DNA of 64,000 nucleotides from Dipteris shenzhenensis (Eukaryota): NCBI GenBank assembly GCA_047967505.1, contig CM106538.1, one strand, 5' to 3'. The translations under genes and the position numbers were made by a program. The notes under the pieces were generated by a model that saw nothing but the letters and a program-made list of their open reading frames with translations, searched no databases and was not told the DNA's origin. Below are positions 58,574-64,000 of the stretch, in pieces; position 1 is the first letter of the stretch; each line of letters begins with the position of its first letter.

Positions 58574-61500
58574 AACACCCTCTTATAGACATGTTCGCTG
58601 CTACTGGCTATAGGTATGCACCAAGATCTAAGTGCTACTTATATTCTAAACTATGTGTTAGAACTACTACTATTGCACTCATCCAATAGGTTAATAAGCT
58701 ACACACTAAAGTACAATGGACTAGGGATGAAATTATCTTCTGCCCCCAAAATGGGGCCTTTAATAGAGGGATGGGAAGCCTCCTGATTAGATGAATTGGT
58801 CTGTAAGCCCACTGACCAATCTAGAGCCAATCTGTAAATAAATTGACATATGCCACAAGCCAACTGAGTTGGTCTCTACAGCTATAGACCTGTTGTTGGA
58901 TCTTCCTTCTATGTTATAAGATGTCTCCTATAGGCAAGTTTTGTGGCTATCTTCCAATCCACCCGACCTTTCCCAAAGCCTATCTAGGCCTTTCCAATAG
59001 CTATAATTCTACTATGATTCCTTGGTGTGTGGTCTCTACTAGCTTCATTTGTAGCAGCCTACTACTAGCTCTTTCCTTAACACCTCCAACACAGTCCTGC
59101 ATAGTAGCCACAAAAATAATCCACACACCTTGTGAAGCTCAAAGAGGTCCTACAAATGTCACCATATAGCTTGAGACTCATGTACTACATGCTATTCACA
59201 GGTTTTCTTTCTTGTTGATCTTCTTCCCCCCTCTAATAGTGGACCATGTGGTAGCCCACATGGCAACCTAGAATGCTGCCCACGTGACTAACTTATGGAT
59301 GATCCCTTCCACCAAGATCAGCCCATGTGGCATCCAAACTTGATGCAAGCATCATAGACTCAAAATGGCCCAATTTTACAATGGTACCATGTCCTTGTGC
59401 TCTCTTGATATGGGGGCCTATGTTGCTACTCATCCATTTAAAGGAGTTTGGGACTAATGATATTTCCCCAACCATAATCTACTACTATTAGGCTAGGTGT
59501 AGGTTAGAATGTCCCTTGCTATGCCAGAGCATCTCTTTAAAAACGTTTAAGGTAGGTAGGTGCAGCAGATCATGGCACCATGATATCCTATTCAGAGGTG
59601 TGAGGCATAGTAAAGCACAGGCAGTAGGGTGGGCTATTTGTATGAAAAAACTCGTAGGTTGATAGCCTCTAGATTAGGTTGGTAGCATTTGGAGTAGCTT
59701 AAAGAGGCTAACATCATGGTGGACCAGCATAGAATAGGTCAATAGGAGTTTGAACAAGTGGAATAGGTTGGTAGTAGCTAGGGAAGTTGTAAGGAGCCAA
59801 AATAGGCCCAAGAGCTGATTGGGTCTATTATAGACCCTTAGAACTGGGATCATACCTTATTAGATCTCTATTACAGACCAATAGACTTGACCAGGTCAGT
59901 TCCAAACCAAGTTGGCAAAAAGGGTAGGGTGTAGCCTATAATAGAGGCCCTTGGCCCCCATGAAAACAATTTACCAAGTGCATACATATGTTCTACCATA
60001 GGTTACCTTGTCCTATGGGTAGTAGTTCAGCCTCACAAAGCTAGGCGCTTGCCTTAACCTTCACAATAAGTGGATCAACTACTTAGAGCAGTGATTTGAT
60101 GCGTTATAGGAGCGATTTGGTCAGTATAACAAGTATAAAGCATGTAGTCAGAAGAGCCATTCCCCTCCCACCTCAGAGTCCTTAGATTCTTGCCTAGAAA
60201 GTTCAGGAAGGCTTTGTTTTGTGGTACATGTACAATCAAGAAACACAACTATATCTCCATGTGATGAGCAGCTACTAAGAGAGATAATATAATGGACTCT
60301 GCATAGACCCTTGTGTGCCTCTTAGCTTCCATATGCCCCTATCCAAAAAGCATTATGATTGATTAGGGAGCTTGCATTGGCACACTATGCTTCTCCTCCA
60401 TTGACTACACAAGACATTGAGAGACCATGTCACTCATGTCTCAAAGTTCTTGTGTGGGTGGTAGTTCAATTTGCAATAGGAAATGAGAACCATGTGCACT
60501 TGTATCTCTTAATAGTGGTTTTCTATTATATAATGTTGTATCCTCTTCTTAATGTCACAAGCTCCTACACATGAGGTGCAACTTGGTTCTATGCTATGCA
60601 TTCCACTTTTGTGCAATGTTGTACTTCGAAGGGGGGCTTGGTGGCATGTGAAATGCTATGTAGAAGATATATTACATTCCTTGATGCCCCCATTCCTAAA
60701 TTGGATCACTACTAGCCACCTTGCATTGAATCAATCAACTTTCTCTTATGCACTATCTAAGAGGCAATTTCCTTGCTTTGAGGATTACATGGTTCAGTAC
60801 AAAATCTCTAATCCACCTCCCTTATCATACCCCTATCTCTAAGTGCTCATGAAACATCAAATGGGCACAATAATTCCAATGATATAAAAGTATAAATTAG
60901 CCATTCATGAGGTCAAAATTCAACAATATTTTTAGCTATAAGATTTGGTCCTAGAAGCAACTTGCTACCCTAGAAGATAGCCAAAAAATGAAGAATTTTG
61001 AGCTCTTTGATCCCTACAATAGCCACCTCCCTTTTGCTGCATGTGTCTGCTCCAATAAATGAAGTTGAGAGATGCTCTTTGTAACTCCAACCTGCTTCAA
61101 ATTTTATGTAGGAATGAACTCCCAAAGGACTCTTTTTATAGGGGCCTATAGCCCAAAATTTGGTAAACCCAATAGCCTAGAATGGTCGTCGAAGTGGCCC
61201 CACCCACTTGACATATTGGTATGTGGGGGCCAACTTGGTTGGATGGCCCTGACTTGCATTTGCTAACCCACTTGGCCATGTAGCTAGTTACGAATGTCCC
61301 AACCCATATCACCTTCTGGCTTTTTTGCTGGCCTGGGACTGTTAACCTAATAGTTGCATATTTCCCTTAGCATCTCTACATACTTCTCAACTTGTTCCAA
61401 CCTTGAAATTACTACTCCATCTCCATCTAGTATTGCTACAAGCACTGGTACAAATTATTATGTAGGTGCCTACAATCCCAAATAGTTCTTGATCATCCCA

Positions 61501-62071
61501 ATTTACTACATCTAAATTTATCTACTCCAAAATGTCAGCCTCTTGATCTCCTCTAGATTGCTTCAACCAGTCCATACTTGGCCACTTTTCTACTTTGAAC
61601 CAAATCTCTCCACTAGGACCTCTACTCATGGCAAGGTATTCTTTTGATTATAGCACCCACATGGCAACCTTATGTGCTACCCATGTGGTAGCCCGTTTTC
61701 TTGTGTTTTCTTTATCTATATGCTTCCCACATGATAACAAATGTGTTGTCCATGTGGTAGCTCTATATTCCATGTCAGATCCACCCATGTGGCATCCCAA
61801 AACAATGCCCACATGTCATCTAACATACACAAGTATGCCTACCCTTTGATATCCTCTATTTGGGGATGATAGATGGGGAGGTGACCACACACACTCTAAC
61901 AAGACCTACCATAAGGTAGGTTGGTAGCTTGATCAGTTGTTTAATAGAACTTTGGTAAGCTAGCCTTTGAGGCCTAGAGGGCCAGACTTGGACGGAGTAC
62001 TTGTGTCAGGTTCTCTTGCACGAGATTGATTGCTCATTGCATGAGGTCTGAGTGTCCTTGGGAGTAACACA

Positions 62072-64000
62072 TGTTAGAGACTCACTGTTCCCACCTATGA
62101 GCCCCCATTTTGTGGGGACAAGGGGCAGTGAGGGTAAGATGGGATGGGAAAAGAGAGACTCAGCAAACAGTAGCATTTTGGGGGGGCTCCATGCCTACCT
62201 AGAAGCAAAGGACTGGCTGCATAGGGCGCCCTTTTATAGGGCCCTATTGCAGGACCAGTCAGTCCCAACCAGGGCCACCGACCAGGGCCCGTTTTATTGA
62301 CTGACCTGGTCAGTCCCCAGTCAGGGAACCGACCCTGCTGGTCGGCGGTCAGACCAACAGGCCTGGGCAGTGCCTATAAAAGGCCCTCACTTCCCTTCAT
62401 TTCAGTCATCTAGTGCAGGACAGAAAGCCTATAATTTGGGCTGTGCTGTGCACTCAGACTTGGCATCTTCTGACAGAGAGAATTTCTACAGTTTGTCTCA
62501 GCACTTGGCTGAGTTTTGTATTGCTCTCCTGGAGCCAGTTTTCTGCCCACCATCCGGTGGATGAATATATTCTCTCTCTGCCTAAGTTTTCTCTGAGTGA
62601 GTATTGTATCTGTGATCAGTTATCTGAGTTGAGTGTTGCTAGAGTGGGAGAGGTCTTGGCTGGAGGTTAGAGTGATTCTTTCCTTTCTGTTTTTTAACAT
62701 GGTATCAGAGCCATAGGCTCCCGACTCTTCCTCATCAATATCACTCTCTGAAGGAAGGAGTTCCTTGGCTGTAAGGCAACTCTGTTTTCAGCTCAGTTCA
62801 GTACAGAAGGTCAGTTCATTTATTTCTGTTTCAGTTTTTCAAGTTCTGAAGCTATTCACCGAGATGGATCAGCGATCAAAAGCCTCTACATCCATTGCTC
62901 GTCCTTCCTCCTTCTCCAGTCATCTTCCTTCTTCATTTATCCCTAATTTCAGTGAAGCTAGAAAGCTTGATGGTACAAACTTTCCAATCTGGAAAGTCAA
63001 GATTCAAAGCCATCTGTTGGCACGGAAGTTGTGGAAGATTGTCAATGGTAATGAAGAAAAGCCGGAGGATATTGTGGACAAGAGAGGTGAAGTTCTAGCT
63101 GAAGCAGATGCAGATGAACTCTGTGCATGGGAGGAGAGGGATGCTCAGGCCTTAGCAATGCTTATAGGCACGACAGCAAATTCTGTTATTCCTCATATCC
63201 AGTTGGCAGAAACGTCTTCAGAGGCGTGGACCATACTGAAGGAGTTGTATGAAACCGATAATACAGCTCATATCATCACATTGCAGCATCAGCTTTATAA
63301 CCTTGATATGAATGAGGGTGACAGTGTTCATGATCATCTGACGAAGGTGAAAGTTGTGCGGGACCAACTCGCAGCGGTTGGTCAGAAGGTGGACTCGAGT
63401 CAATTAGCATTACTCACACTCCACAAGTTGCCACGGAGTTTCAAAAGTTTTGTGACTATGGTCACTGCGGGTCAACGGACGAAGCCAATCAACTTTGAGG
63501 AGCTCTGTCCACTCCTACTTCAGGAGGAGGCCCGAGAGAAACTCTTTACGCAAAATGACAAAAAGGCATTGGTTGCCAAAGACAAGCCTGGCAAAGGCAA
63601 GTCAAAGAATTCCAAGAAATCAGAGGACGCTGAACGTAAGAAGAAAATGAAGTGCTTTTACTATGAAAAGCTTGGCCACTCTGCCAAAGAATGCCGGAAG
63701 AAGAAGGCGGATCAAAAGCGGAAAAGAGAAGCCAAAAACAAAGAAGAGCCTAAGAGTGATTCTGCCAATGTGACAACTGGTCAGTTATTCTTACTCAGTG
63801 AACATTGTTCAGCTTATGCAGTTAGTGAAGGAAAAGAAGGTTGGTATGTTGACAGTGGTGCTTCTAAGCACATGTCCAACAGAAGGACGTGGTTCAAAAC
63901 CATGGACAGTACACACCCGGATTCCAAAGTTTCTATTGGGGATAGCCGGACATGTCCTGTGAAGGGCATAGGTAGCATTCCTTTCATTACCACGGCAGGT
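62072..64000 (+). mobile_element. Young Ty1/copia F: 5' LTR 62072-62699, PBS, gag-pol running off the window
   Basis: TGTTA...TAACA LTR ends; TATAAAA at ~62375; perfect PBS TGGTATCAGAGC at 62700-62711. Confidence 0.9.
62864..64000 (+). CDS. Copia gag-pol polyprotein, 3'-partial (not in the ORF track because there is no stop in the window)
   Basis: Open for 379 codons: KLDGTNFPIWKVKI, knuckle CFYYEKLGHSAKEC (second Cys replaced by Tyr), protease WYVDSGASKHMS. Confidence 0.9.
   Translation, partial: MDQRSKASTSIARPSSFSSHLPSSFIPNFSEARKLDGTNFPIWKVKIQSHLLARKLWKIVNGNEEKPEDIVDKRGEVLAEADADELCAWEERDAQALAMLIGTTANSVIPHIQLAETSSEAWTILKELYETDNTAHIITLQHQLYNLDMNEGDSVHDHLTKVKVVRDQLAAVGQKVDSSQLALLTLHKLPRSFKSFVTMVTAGQRTKPINFEELCPLLLQEEAREKLFTQNDKKALVAKDKPGKGKSKNSKKSEDAERKKKMKCFYYEKLGHSAKECRKKKADQKRKREAKNKEEPKSDSANVTTGQLFLLSEHCSAYAVSEGKEGWYVDSGASKHMSNRRTWFKTMDSTHPDSKVSIGDSRTCPVKGIGSIPFITTAG

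Noticed and set aside
58740-62071. Helitron-like 5' motif ATCTACTACTATTA at ~59477 and recurring CCATGTGGTAGC motifs
   Set aside because: No matching 3' end, TSD or coding remnant found; left as unclassified repeat-like DNA.

Overview
Repeat-dominated land-plant nuclear DNA; the PLS-PPR style and TE content suggest a fern or other non-seed vascular plant (inference). Two host genes are supportable: a two-exon class-3 lipase (At4g10955-like, minus, 1900-3233) and an 880-aa PLS-E PPR ORF (minus, 47281-49923). The rest is nested TEs. (1) An old copia is split by a 12.5-kb Helitron-like insert (TC...hairpin-CTAG, 4433-16927). The insert is built from a ~1.87-kb tandem unit with G-rich blocks and is itself interrupted by a rearranged CACTA and a 2.6-kb non-coding LTR element. 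(2) A Helentron/Helitron2-type (HLE2) element at ~17.6-23.4 kb encodes HUH Rep + PIF1 helicase followed by probable exons ending in a GIY-YIG endonuclease. This is the most unusual item; it is inactivated by a MITE, a deletion, a duplication and stops. (3) An Athila-like gypsy carries two insertions of one short-LTR copia family, and one of them was split by a ~4-kb inversion (matching GGTCC TSDs). (4) Further degenerate copia and gypsy remnants are present, and a young copia runs off the right edge. All calls come from reading the sequence by eye; no searches were run, and boundaries of degenerate elements are approximate.
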